In this document: in pieces, positions 10,323 to 19,496 of the stretch
How positions within the stretch are numbered: the stretch's first letter is position 1
How the letters are laid out: each line of letters opens with the position of its first letter
Notes under the pieces: model-generated
The model's input: the letters and a program-made list of their open reading frames with translations, nothing else
Database searches by the model: none
What the model was told of the DNA's origin: nothing
Position numbers and translations under genes: made by a program
Virus record (IMG/VR): IMGVR_UViG_3300038423_000131
DNA: 64,000 nucleotides
Strand: one strand, 5' to 3'
From: an uncultured virus (IMG/VR IMGVR_UViG_3300038423_000131)
Taxonomy: Duplodnaviria > Heunggongvirae > Uroviricota > Caudoviricetes

Positions 10323-10486
10323 TGGCGGTGAGTGCAGGATTCGAACCTGCGATGGTCTTTAAGTCCCATACCAGATTTCTGTCAGGTTGGACATTCCAAT
10401 CCATGCTTCGAGTTTCACCCCTTAGCAGTTTCACCCTTGAAACTGATTCAAGTCTGGTGCAATAAGCCTGACTCTACCAACTCACC
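10323..10486 (-). tRNA. tRNA-Ser(TGA) with 70-nt intron (10377-10446) and encoded CCA
   Basis: Acceptor GGTGAGT/ACTCACC, G73, stem CCAGA/TCTGG, long variable arm, T-arm GGTTCGAATCC; relaxed BHB at position 37/38. Confidence 0.85.
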
Positions 10487-10534
10487 ATAATACTTCTTAT
10501 AAAATCATATATATAAATCTTATGGTTAAAAAAA

Positions 10535-10671
10535 GCAGACCCGATTACACATCCCGTGAGCTTTGGGATAGCACTTCACACCTTAAGCATCTGCTCAGAT
10601 GCCTGACCACTAAAGGTAGAACTTGGGTTGTTTTTCAAAGTGGTTTATCAAGCCCCAACTCGGTATCTGCC
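10535..10671 (-). ncRNA. Candidate ~140-nt structured ncRNA
   Basis: Ends pair (GCAGATACCGA / TCGGGTCTGC), internal hairpins, own TATA promoter at about 10690-10711, followed by an oligo-T. Confidence 0.55.
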
Positions 10672-10706
10672 TACATAATATTATGTATTCTTATATATAA
10701 AGTTAT

Positions 10707-10785
10707 TGGTTGAGAAGGGCGGATTTGGACCGCCGATGCATGGATTATGAGTCCATTAGGTTAGACCAGACTACCTTACCTCTCA
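10707..10785 (-). tRNA. tRNA with CAT anticodon (Met or Ile2) and encoded CCA
   Basis: Acceptor TGAGAGG/CTTCTCA; ATGGA-CTCATAA-TCCAT anticodon arm; T-loop variant TCCAAAT. Confidence 0.85.
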
Positions 10786-10790
10786 ATTAA

Positions 10791-10946
10791 TGGTGGATGC
10801 GGCGTGAATCGGACACGCATAGCACCTGTGGCAAGGGGTTTGCTCTACTGGTATCTTAGCCAACCAGCCTTATATGGATTTGAGCCATCCAGTTTTAAGC
10901 CATCCAGCCTTAAAGTCTCTGGGTTTCGCCAGTTCCCTACGCATCC
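10791..10946 (-). tRNA. Intron-containing tRNA-like gene; predicted spliced anticodon TTA (TAA/Leu is an alternative register); weak anticodon stem
   Basis: Acceptor GGATGCG/CGCATCC-A-CCA, D and T arms, BHB-like motif defining intron 10841-10909. Confidence 0.65.
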
Positions 10947-11127
10947 AAAACTAATATATAAAAATAGAAGTATTTAAACTTTGTGGTTAACAAGTAGTAT
11001 GTGGAACTTCCCAAGTAACTTGAATACCATGACAATTGCATCGGCAATCTGGATTAAAACTCCCCTTTTCACCCTCTGCAAATGGTGGATGACTACAACC
11101 ACATTTTTGACAATACATTTATATCAC

Positions 11128-11679
11128 CTACCCATCTGTAGGATAATTAGTTGATGATTGTGGTTCTACATCTATTATTTTATTTTCGTCTTTTGGGGTA
11201 ACATTTTCAGGTTGTTTGTCTTCAAGTGCGGCATACTGGCTGAGTCTTGGAAGCAATATATCTTTAAGCACCTTGCCTTCAACATTGCTTTGTATAAATC
11301 CTAAGAATGCAACTGTATTTGAACTTTGCATCGCATAGGCAGAATTCAGATGAGTATAAATGAAATGATACATAGCCCTCATACTTACATCCCAATTGAT
11401 TTTCTCTGGTGTGAAAGGTCGTCTTTTAGTTCGTGCTTTATCCCAAATAGTAGGACAATCAATTCTAACAGCAACATTTATTGGAATATCATTAACGATT
11501 TCCTTTATCTTGAATGAGACCCAAACTTCTCTGGGTGGGTCATAATGCCACCAAATATCTTTCACTTGGTATTCTGCTAAAACCGCATCTGTAAGTTGTT
11601 TACTTCTCATGGCGGCTACTGTTGTGCCTGAAAATTTGATTAATGGGTCATCCGTATAGATTTTGTTAAGATTAGGCAT
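11128..11679 (-). CDS. Hypothetical protein
   Basis: 183-aa ORF with GGTGA RBS and TATA box. Confidence 0.5.
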   Translation of the reverse strand: MPNLNKIYTDDPLIKFSGTTVAAMRSKQLTDAVLAEYQVKDIWWHYDPPREVWVSFKIKEIVNDIPINVAVRIDCPTIWDKARTKRRPFTPEKINWDVSMRAMYHFIYTHLNSAYAMQSSNTVAFLGFIQSNVEGKVLKDILLPRLSQYAALEDKQPENVTPKDENKIIDVEPQSSTNYPTDG

Positions 11680-11734
11680 TTAATTCACCGAATGGTTAAC
11701 TATAATTAACAACTGATATTTAAAGTTTACGGTT

Positions 11735-12250
11735 TTAAAATTGTATGCCTTCTTCACAAACAAGTTTTGAATTTTTAATTTCATTGATTTCGTTGACAAA
11801 ATCTGCTAATTTTCTTAATTTCCTTGTTGCCCCTCTACCCGTCATTACTATATTAAGTTCTGGACATTCTCTTTTAAGATGTTGAAGACAATCAATAACA
11901 TTATCTTCTTCCAGCATTCCAACAGACACAGCATAATTGAGTTCATCAAGTATTAATAGGTTTATATGCTCATATGTGCATTTATAATGAGCGGTAGCTA
12001 ATCCATCTCTGCATACATCTGCATCTGCTTGAGTTAAAGTTGCTACTCCTATCCATTCGGTACTACTGAATTGTCTAATTTCATAATTTGGATGTTTAAA
12101 TAGATATTCGCCAGTAGTTCGGTTCCATTTCAAAAACTGTATGACCAATACCTTTTGACCGTGACCAAGTGCTCTAAGTGCTAACCCTAAAGCAGAAGTC
12201 GTCTTACCCGCTCCTTCGCCGCAATAACAGTATATTATATTGGTAGCCAC
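11735..12250 (-). CDS. cobO: Cob(I)alamin adenosyltransferase (CobO/CobA/BtuR family)
   Basis: GEGAGKTTSALGLALRALGHG, IQFLK, LILDELN, VMTGR, ADFVNE. Confidence 0.92.
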   Translation of the reverse strand: MATNIIYCYCGEGAGKTTSALGLALRALGHGQKVLVIQFLKWNRTTGEYLFKHPNYEIRQFSSTEWIGVATLTQADADVCRDGLATAHYKCTYEHINLLILDELNYAVSVGMLEEDNVIDCLQHLKRECPELNIVMTGRGATRKLRKLADFVNEINEIKNSKLVCEEGIQF

Positions 12251-12744
12251 CTATTATCTAACTTTGAATGAACAATTATATGACAGTTCGAACAAAGTAA
12301 TTGTAACTCATTTAATGGCGGCGGGTGTCTATACCATTTTCCTTTATCTCTTTTTTCTTCTTCAGTTCTGCCGTTAATATGATGCCCACATAGAACTCTA
12401 AAGTCATCGTTACCACAAATTTGACATTTACCACCTAATGCAATTATAACTTCTATTTTCTTTTGTCTATCTAATTGAAGACTTCGTTGTTTATAGCGTT
12501 CATAATTATACGGATTATTTTGTCTCCAATTTCTTTGATATTCTGTATGCTCTTCGGTATTATAATTTCTCTTAGCACTTTCTCTAACTAATTGTCTTGC
12601 TCGTTCAGGGTTATTTTTACGCCACTTAGCCATTGATATTCTTTGTTGTTCTCTCCGTTTAGCTAACCTAATTGGGTCTGATTTTATTTCGTAGTATCGT
12701 TCTCTTGCTCGTTGTCTTGCTTTTTCTGGGTCTTTATAGGGCAT
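12235..12744 (-). mobile_element. HNH homing-endonuclease-like gene inserted at the 5' end of cobO
   Basis: LGGKCQICG...HHING...LQLLCSNCH; own promoter at 12779-12797. Confidence 0.75.
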
Positions 12745-12963
12745 ACTACATATCACCACTATTGTAATGGAAAAACTACTATATAAGTCTTATGGTTATA
12801 AATATATCCCATTATTGAGTCACGACTACAGACCAATCGGTGCTTTGATATACTTTGCCGTCTTGTGGAATAGGTCTGCCAGTATAGCACCATAAACACA
12901 TAGTTTTATCAATTATGCGAACTGTATAATATCCTTTATTTTTACCGCAACATTCACAAATCA

Positions 12964-14688
12964 TTAAGTTGTACACTCCACACATTTAGTATCTTCCCGT
13001 GTTAATAATTGATGTTCCCTACTTCCTTCTCGATATATTGTTATTCCTTTACAACCAAGTTTATGAGCTAATTCATATATATTACCAATTTCATCTGTAT
13101 CAACATTTTCAGGTAAATTAACTGTTTTTGAAATGCTATTATCAGTATATTTCTGGAATGCCGCTTGCATTTTAATATGCCATTCAGGAGCTATGTCATG
13201 TGCAGTAACTAATATTTCTCTAATATCTTTTGGCAAGAAAATACATTTATTATTACTTTCCAAAAAATTCTTTTCAAATGTTTCATTCCAAATTCCTTTA
13301 GATTCGAATATTCTTCTAACTGCTGGATTAATCTCTGTATATTTTTTACCCATAGATTCTTCAACGTGCCGAGTTTGTACTATCGAAAATATAGGTTCTA
13401 TACTATATGAACAATCTGATATTATACTTATAGTTCCAGTTGGAGCAATACTTGTTATTGTTGCATTTCTTAGGAAAGGTTCATTCTTAAATATGCTTTT
13501 ATCCTTATTTGGAAAGTTACCTTTTTCTTTTCCAAGTTCCTGACTCATTTTGAATCCTTCATCATGGATGAATTTCATAACATCTTCACCAAGTTTTAAT
13601 GCTTCATCACTATTATATTTTATTCCTAATAATAATAATGAGTCTGCCCATCCCATTACACCAAGACCAATCTTTCTGTTCCCTAAAGTTATATCTCTAA
13701 TTTCAGGCAAGGGAAATTTATTCGCATCAATAACATTATCCAAAAATCTGACCGCTAATCTAACTTCTCTTCTAAGTTTATCCCAATCAAATCCGTTTCC
13801 TTTCTTTAGAAATTTACTTAAATTAATCGAACCAAGATTGCAAGATTCATATGGAAGCAATGGAACTTCTCCGCAAGGATTAGTTGATTCTATTTCACCC
13901 AATTCTGGTGTTGGATTAGCTTTATTAATTGTGTCAATAAATATTACTGATGGTTCACCTTTTTTCCAACTCATAAGGCATAAAAGATTCCATAATGGTC
14001 TTGCCTTTATCGTTTTAATTACTTTCTTAGTTCTTGGATTAATAAGATGGAAATCTCCATTTGATTTTACTGCCTTCATAAAATCATCTGTTATTGCTAC
14101 TGATAAATTGAAATTAGTTAAAAATCCCTCTTTCTCTTTTACTCCAATGAAATCTAATATGTCTGGATGGTCAACTCTCATTATTCCCATATTTGCACCA
14201 CGCCGTTTGCCGCCTTGCTTAATAACTTCTGTAGCCGCATCGAATACAGTCATGAATGATAATGGACCAGATGCTACGCCGCCAGTTGATTTAACATAAT
14301 CGTCTCTTGGTCTTAATCGGCTAAAGCTGAAACCAGTTCCGCCACCTGCTTTATGAATCTTAGCGGTATATCGTATAGCATTGAATATTGCATCAATGTC
14401 ATCATCAACAGGTAATACAAAGCAAGCTGAAAGCATACCTAATGGTGTGCCTGCATTCATTAGTGTTGGGCTATTGGGAGTAAATTCAAAATTAATCATT
14501 ATTTTATAGAATTCTCTCTCAAGTTCTTTTACTTCTTTCTTAGTTTTTCCATATTTAAACTCAATTTCTGATACTGCTTTAGCTACACGCCTATATAATT
14601 GAGTTGGAGTTTCTTTAATGTTTCCATCATCATCTTTTAATAAATAGCGTTGAGCCAACGTATAATAGGAATTATTACTTAATTTCAT
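12964..14688 (-). CDS. nrdJ: Class II (adenosylcobalamin-dependent) ribonucleotide reductase
   Basis: PNSPTLMNAG, LSACFVL, TNPCGE, CNLGSINL, IAPTGTIS, C-terminal CxxC. Confidence 0.93.
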   Translation of the reverse strand: MKLSNNSYYTLAQRYLLKDDDGNIKETPTQLYRRVAKAVSEIEFKYGKTKKEVKELEREFYKIMINFEFTPNSPTLMNAGTPLGMLSACFVLPVDDDIDAIFNAIRYTAKIHKAGGGTGFSFSRLRPRDDYVKSTGGVASGPLSFMTVFDAATEVIKQGGKRRGANMGIMRVDHPDILDFIGVKEKEGFLTNFNLSVAITDDFMKAVKSNGDFHLINPRTKKVIKTIKARPLWNLLCLMSWKKGEPSVIFIDTINKANPTPELGEIESTNPCGEVPLLPYESCNLGSINLSKFLKKGNGFDWDKLRREVRLAVRFLDNVIDANKFPLPEIRDITLGNRKIGLGVMGWADSLLLLGIKYNSDEALKLGEDVMKFIHDEGFKMSQELGKEKGNFPNKDKSIFKNEPFLRNATITSIAPTGTISIISDCSYSIEPIFSIVQTRHVEESMGKKYTEINPAVRRIFESKGIWNETFEKNFLESNNKCIFLPKDIREILVTAHDIAPEWHIKMQAAFQKYTDNSISKTVNLPENVDTDEIGNIYELAHKLGCKGITIYREGSREHQLLTREDTKCVECTT

Positions 14689-14744
14689 ATAATCACCTAA
14701 TGTAAATTATAGTATTCTCAAACACCAATATAAACCTTTTGCTC

Positions 14745-15038
14745 TCAAAATGGAATGAAATGCGCCAAAATCGTGACTACTGCTACTGCAATAGCTAATA
14801 TGGCTGTAGCATATTTATAAACCCGTAGTTCACCTTTCTTCATAGCTTCATTTTCTGTTCGTGTATCCTCTAATGATTTAATTCTTGTATCCATTTTTCC
14901 ATTTTCATCATTCACATGAACGCATAATTCTTTGGCTACTTCAATAATTTCTTTATGCTCTTTCTCATTTGATTTTATCAAGTTACCTAAGCGTTCATCT
15001 ATTCTTGCAATTATTATATCAGGTTTTTCATCAGCCAT
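14745..15038 (-). CDS. Coiled-coil protein with C-terminal TM helix (holin-like, weak)
   Basis: LARIDER-like N-terminal motif and hydrophobic C-terminus. Confidence 0.35.
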   Translation of the reverse strand: MADEKPDIIIARIDERLGNLIKSNEKEHKEIIEVAKELCVHVNDENGKMDTRIKSLEDTRTENEAMKKGELRVYKYATAILAIAVAVVTILAHFIPF

Positions 15039-15092
15039 ATATTAATCACCAATAATTATCTTTTAATTGATTCATCAAGTATTTAAATCTTT

Positions 15093-18000
15093 TTATTGAT
15101 TTACACAAAACCTATCTAATTTAATATGCCCTAATATTTCATCGAATTCCAATTCTAACGGTTCCAAGACTTGGTTTAGCATAGATTCAAGAAAACTCGT
15201 ATATTTATCAACATCAATATCTTGGTTTTTAGCTAATTCTAATGGTAAAACTTTTTCTTTATTTTTGGTTTTAACAAATGATATAATTGAACCTGCTTCC
15301 ATTGCATAACCTTCTTTTTCTAATAATCTAACTGCTTTGATATGTTGTGGAATTGCGGCATAAATTGGTGTACCGTCTTTTCTTGTTCTACTTGTCTTTT
15401 TACCGTAATCACTAAGTCTTTTGTTAACGGTCATGTGGAATGCTAAATCATCTATATCATTCCATTTTCGCTCTTTAAGGTTTTTATACGATTGAAGTGC
15501 AATCTTGCTGATTTTAATTTTTGCTTCTGGAATTTCATCTTCTTTCTGGACATTTTTAAGCACAGCCTTAATTTCATTAAATGATTTCTTGAAATATTCT
15601 GGGGTATGACTTTTTTTACCTGTCATACCTTTAATATCAACTTCGCCGTTTGGTTGAACGCCTATATAATTTTTCTTTCGACTACTGAAACACATAAATC
15701 GATATTCTTTATCAAGTTCAAGGTCAATTTTATATTGTTCAAAAGCCCATTTTTGTAATTCTGGAACTTTATCAGATTTTCTAATGAATAAACTATCTGT
15801 GTCACCGTAAAGAACTATGATTCCCATTTCTATTGCATGTTGAGCCGTAGCTTGAATAATAGACCGAGATATGCCTGCTATTTCTTCTGATACTGGTGGG
15901 CAACCGAATGCGAATCCACCTTCTGTAGCAAAGACTCCATAAGACGCATTCATGAAAACTTTAATTGTTTGTTCGATGCATTTATACCAGCTTTTTTGTG
16001 CATCTGTTAAAACTTTATTCTTACTTTCTTTCTTATACCAACTTAATCTTAAATCTCTTAAGCTTCCAATAAATATACTTTCCAAAGCCTTATGTTTGGT
16101 GCAAATCCAATGTGGAAGATTGCCAAATTTATTACTACCGCATTCACTCATATCCAATAATTCTATGGCAATTAGCGCAAAGGAGTTGTAATTCTGACCA
16201 ATCCACTTTTCTAAGAGTGATGTAAATATTTCTTCCTTCGAACTCATTTCTTCCGTTAATGTGATGTATCTCAAAAGTTCGTTCATCAGTATTTCCACAT
16301 CGTTGACATTTGCCACCTTTAAATTCAATAAATTGTTTTCGTAATTCTTTTCGTTTTTTATTAATCCACCATCGTTGATATTCTTTGGCTCGTTTATACA
16401 ATATTGGATTTGATTTAACTTTTGACCACCAGTTTGCACTTCTTGTTTTTCTTTTATTAGGGTCTTCCATAAGTTTTCTATAACATTTTCTGGCGATTTT
16501 ATGGCATCTTTCTGGGTTATTTTTTCTATATTCTCTATGGTATTCTCTATTTCTTTTTCTATATTCCTCATCAGATTCATTCTTTTTTCTATGGGGCATT
16601 GGTTATCATCTCTTTGTTTAGTTGATAAATAACATAATAACCATATAAATCTTTTGGTTTGATTAGACAATTTTTGCCAACTTTCACCATGTTTACATCT
16701 TATTGTTGCATAACCAACATTATAAAACTTTATCACAGAAGGATAAAGTGAACCATAATCTATATCCTGTACATTAAATGGTACTCCACTTTTAGGTTTA
16801 ATAACCATTGCACCTTCATATTGCTTGCCTTTAATCATGGATTTAGTCGCAACATGTCCTTTCATTTCTAATATGTCTTGAGGGCGTGGGATAAGATAGT
16901 TTAATTGGCGATGCTGACAAAACAAGAAACTTGCTATCCATCTGCCAACTGCTTTTCTTGAGCATTCTTCAATTGGCATCCTGCTAATTCTTGATATGGC
17001 AGTCATTAAGTTCATTACAAGGTTATCATCAAATGTTGTTAATCCAAGAGTTAATTCTGCATCACGCATACAGTAATTAATTAAATCATAATAATCCATG
17101 TCGCCAACCCATTGATGTTCTCCTTTAAGTTTGCCTATTTTTAAAAATAAGTTAGAGAGTACATCTAAGCTCACATCTTTATATTTACCCTGAAACGCAT
17201 AATTCCGTATGGCATTAATTTGGAAGAATCTATAAAGGTCTATGTGGAGTGTACTTCGCATATACATGGATATTCCAGACATAGAAAAAGGTATAAATTC
17301 ATTTTGTATCCCGAATCTATAAGCCCTATTCCTAAGATACATTAAGTCAAAGCCATCGCCATTGAAAGTTATTAAAAGTGGGAACTGCTGTATGTATTTG
17401 AATAGGGCAAGAAGCATTTCTTTTTCATCGCTAAATACATATAATTCGTCAACATTTGGATATTTTTCAAATTGCTTGTTAGGTTGCAAGAGAAGGAACG
17501 CTATTCGCTTGCCGTCTAAAGTTTTTATGCAGGCACATAAAACTGGTAAGTTAGCGATTTCTGGTCTTGGTATTTTCTTCTGTTCATTCAAAACTTCAAT
17601 ATCAAGGCTTGCCCGTCTATAGTTTGGAGCAGGATATTCGAATAACCTAATTAGTTCTTTAGTAATTGATTTCTCTGAGAATAAATCTAATAAGGTGGCT
17701 GTTCTTGATTCAGCGTCTTTATCTATATACGGATTACCTATAGAATCATATGGCATACCCATTTTAACATTATTATCATAGATGTAACCCATATAAAATC
17801 TAATGTGATTTTCCCAAAACTTAGGGGCAGTCTCATCAAACTCTTCATCATCTAAATGTGTTCTCTTAACATCAAGGGGATTGGAAAAATACCCTTTAAA
17901 TAAATCTACAGTAGTGTCATGAAGTGCGTCATATTTTGTGATTTGTGTTATGTTTGTAATTGGTATATTATGAAATGATTCTATATTATCTGATAAGCAA

Positions 18001-18119
18001 TAAGCCTTGTAAGAATCATCATACCATTCTTCAAGTTTTTCTGTAGCTTCATCATAAACTTTTAAATATACTGAATTCTGGTCTTTATCGTATCCTGCTG
18101 ATACTACATATTTAGGCAT
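15093..18119 (-). CDS. polB: Family B DNA polymerase (PolB1-like) with a 540-nt in-frame insertion
   Basis: Exo motifs LDIEV, FNGDGFD, YCMRDA; pol motifs DYGSLYPS, KVFMNASYG, YGDTDS; KGMTGKKSHTP. Confidence 0.93.
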   Translation of the reverse strand: MPKYVVSAGYDKDQNSVYLKVYDEATEKLEEWYDDSYKAYCLSDNIESFHNIPITNITQITKYDALHDTTVDLFKGYFSNPLDVKRTHLDDEEFDETAPKFWENHIRFYMGYIYDNNVKMGMPYDSIGNPYIDKDAESRTATLLDLFSEKSITKELIRLFEYPAPNYRRASLDIEVLNEQKKIPRPEIANLPVLCACIKTLDGKRIAFLLLQPNKQFEKYPNVDELYVFSDEKEMLLALFKYIQQFPLLITFNGDGFDLMYLRNRAYRFGIQNEFIPFSMSGISMYMRSTLHIDLYRFFQINAIRNYAFQGKYKDVSLDVLSNLFLKIGKLKGEHQWVGDMDYYDLINYCMRDAELTLGLTTFDDNLVMNLMTAISRISRMPIEECSRKAVGRWIASFLFCQHRQLNYLIPRPQDILEMKGHVATKSMIKGKQYEGAMVIKPKSGVPFNVQDIDYGSLYPSVIKFYNVGYATIRCKHGESWQKLSNQTKRFIWLLCYLSTKQRDDNQCPIEKRMNLMRNIEKEIENTIENIEKITQKDAIKSPENVIENLWKTLIKEKQEVQTGGQKLNQIQYCINEPKNINDGGLIKNEKNYENNLLNLKVANVNDVEILMNELLRYITLTEEMSSKEEIFTSLLEKWIGQNYNSFALIAIELLDMSECGSNKFGNLPHWICTKHKALESIFIGSLRDLRLSWYKKESKNKVLTDAQKSWYKCIEQTIKVFMNASYGVFATEGGFAFGCPPVSEEIAGISRSIIQATAQHAIEMGIIVLYGDTDSLFIRKSDKVPELQKWAFEQYKIDLELDKEYRFMCFSSRKKNYIGVQPNGEVDIKGMTGKKSHTPEYFKKSFNEIKAVLKNVQKEDEIPEAKIKISKIALQSYKNLKERKWNDIDDLAFHMTVNKRLSDYGKKTSRTRKDGTPIYAAIPQHIKAVRLLEKEGYAMEAGSIISFVKTKNKEKVLPLELAKNQDIDVDKYTSFLESMLNQVLEPLELEFDEILGHIKLDRFCVNQ
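16144..16599 (-). mobile_element. HNH endonuclease ORF nested in an alternative frame of polB
   Basis: GGKCQRCG...EIHHING...LQLLCANCH; internal promoter at 16641-16659. Confidence 0.8.
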
Positions 18120-18224
18120 CTAATCACTTTTACTTATTTAATAGTGACACTCTTATTTAAAGGTTACGGAAACTATAAAAACCAAAAAGTTTATATAGTA
18201 GTTTACAATATCTGTTAGTAGTAA

Positions 18225-18240
18225 TTAAGTAATTACTTAA
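18225..18240. promoter_or_regulatory. Representative 16-bp palindrome TTAAGTAATTACTTAA (putative operator)
   Basis: Perfect palindrome here and at 26216; variants at 12 or more mostly promoter-proximal sites. Confidence 0.6.
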
Positions 18241-18250
18241 AGGTGAAAAT

Positions 18251-18619
18251 ATGATAACGAATAAAATGAGAAAATGGTTAGAATCCTTGCCTGAGAAACC
18301 CGTTAAAGACATTAAATATTGCGTCTATATTAATAGGATACAAAAACGAATTGATGAAGAACTTAATAACCTGTTGTGGCTATGTGTTAACCATCCAGAA
18401 TTAGTTATTGATGAAGAAACAGAAATCAATGATTTAACTGGTAAAATTGTTTCACACCGCCGATTAAGAAGGTTGATGCTTTGCGTAAATGCTGTTAACC
18501 CAAATATGAATGTTGCTTTAGTGCTTGAAAAATTAAAAGCCGAAGAAGAAGCAGAACGCCCACAACCACCGCCAGAACTACTTAACAGAAATTGTGATAA
18601 TGCCAGCCAAAAGATTTAA
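18251..18619 (+). CDS. Hypothetical protein
   Basis: ORF with GGTGA RBS and promoter. Confidence 0.5.
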   Translation: MITNKMRKWLESLPEKPVKDIKYCVYINRIQKRIDEELNNLLWLCVNHPELVIDEETEINDLTGKIVSHRRLRRLMLCVNAVNPNMNVALVLEKLKAEEEAERPQPPPELLNRNCDNASQKI

Positions 18620-18647
18620 ATAGTTGTTTAAATAATTAGAATGTAGG

Positions 18648-19067
18648 TTGATAAATATGGGAAGATTAGTTAAACACGGTAGTCAGGGAGTTGCGGATGC
18701 ACCTACTGGCGGAGAAGCCAAAGATGCTTTTGATTTAGGAACTTTGCCACAAGCAGAAGCGATGGAATTAGGACCAAATACTGCACTTTATGATAAAGAA
18801 GCGGTTGGTAAAAATGTTCTTCCAGAAGCTAAAGCGGCTATAGAAGATGTGCCTGCTGATGCTGTTTGGACTGGCGATAAGAAAGGAACTATTGCATTAC
18901 AGCAAGATGCTGGAGAATCAGAAGAGTCAATAAAAGACCCAGATTTAGAACGCTTTGCAAATAGGGGCACTCCAGATTATGAGGGTCAAAAGGAAAGTCA
19001 AGAAGACGCTTCAACAATGGTTGTTGGTCAAAAAACTCTTGGACATAAGACAAAATCAAGTCTATAA
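18648..19067 (+). CDS. Acidic, low-complexity hypothetical protein
   Basis: ORF downstream of TATA box and palindrome. Confidence 0.45.
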   Translation: MINMGRLVKHGSQGVADAPTGGEAKDAFDLGTLPQAEAMELGPNTALYDKEAVGKNVLPEAKAAIEDVPADAVWTGDKKGTIALQQDAGESEESIKDPDLERFANRGTPDYEGQKESQEDASTMVVGQKTLGHKTKSSL

Positions 19068-19103
19068 AAGTTTCCCCTTTCTACTTAATTTAGGTGATTC
19101 GAT

Positions 19104-19496
19104 ATGAGTAAAGAAAATAAAGATAATTGCGGATTCGATGAGAAACTTAGCAAAGATTCTGCTTCTATGAATAGGTCTGGCACTAAAGGATACAGAGATA
19201 AAGTTGTTATTAGTAAAATTGAAGATAACGACCCTGACACTAATTTTACAGTCGAAAATGAGACTAAAGTTGCTAATGAAGTTGATAAAGTAGCAAAGGA
19301 TTTTGAGTATGGAAAAGGAAATTATAGTGCCGATGATAAAGGACCAGTAGAGATTGAAAGGTATCCAGAAGGGGCACGACATTCATCTGAACTTCCAGTA
19401 TTGCCAGAAACAGAAGTTGTTGGTCAAACAAGTTCAGGTTTACCAAAAGTTGCAAATTTAGATAAACCAGCAGATAAAAACAAAGAAGTTTATTAA
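19104..19496 (+). CDS. Acidic, low-complexity hypothetical protein
   Basis: ORF with GGTGA RBS. Confidence 0.45.
   Translation: MSKENKDNCGFDEKLSKDSASMNRSGTKGYRDKVVISKIEDNDPDTNFTVENETKVANEVDKVAKDFEYGKGNYSADDKGPVEIERYPEGARHSSELPVLPETEVVGQTSSGLPKVANLDKPADKNKEVY

Noticed and set aside
13133..14299. Long antisense ORFs opposite nrdJ and other genes (e.g. 5109-5645, 22055-22543, 61572-61961)
   Set aside because: Shadow frames of well-supported genes, with no motifs or promoters.
16143..16682. Intein in PolB
   Set aside because: It starts with Ser and precedes Cys, but ends DMSE with no terminal Asn/Gln or intein blocks, and the nuclease is in another frame.
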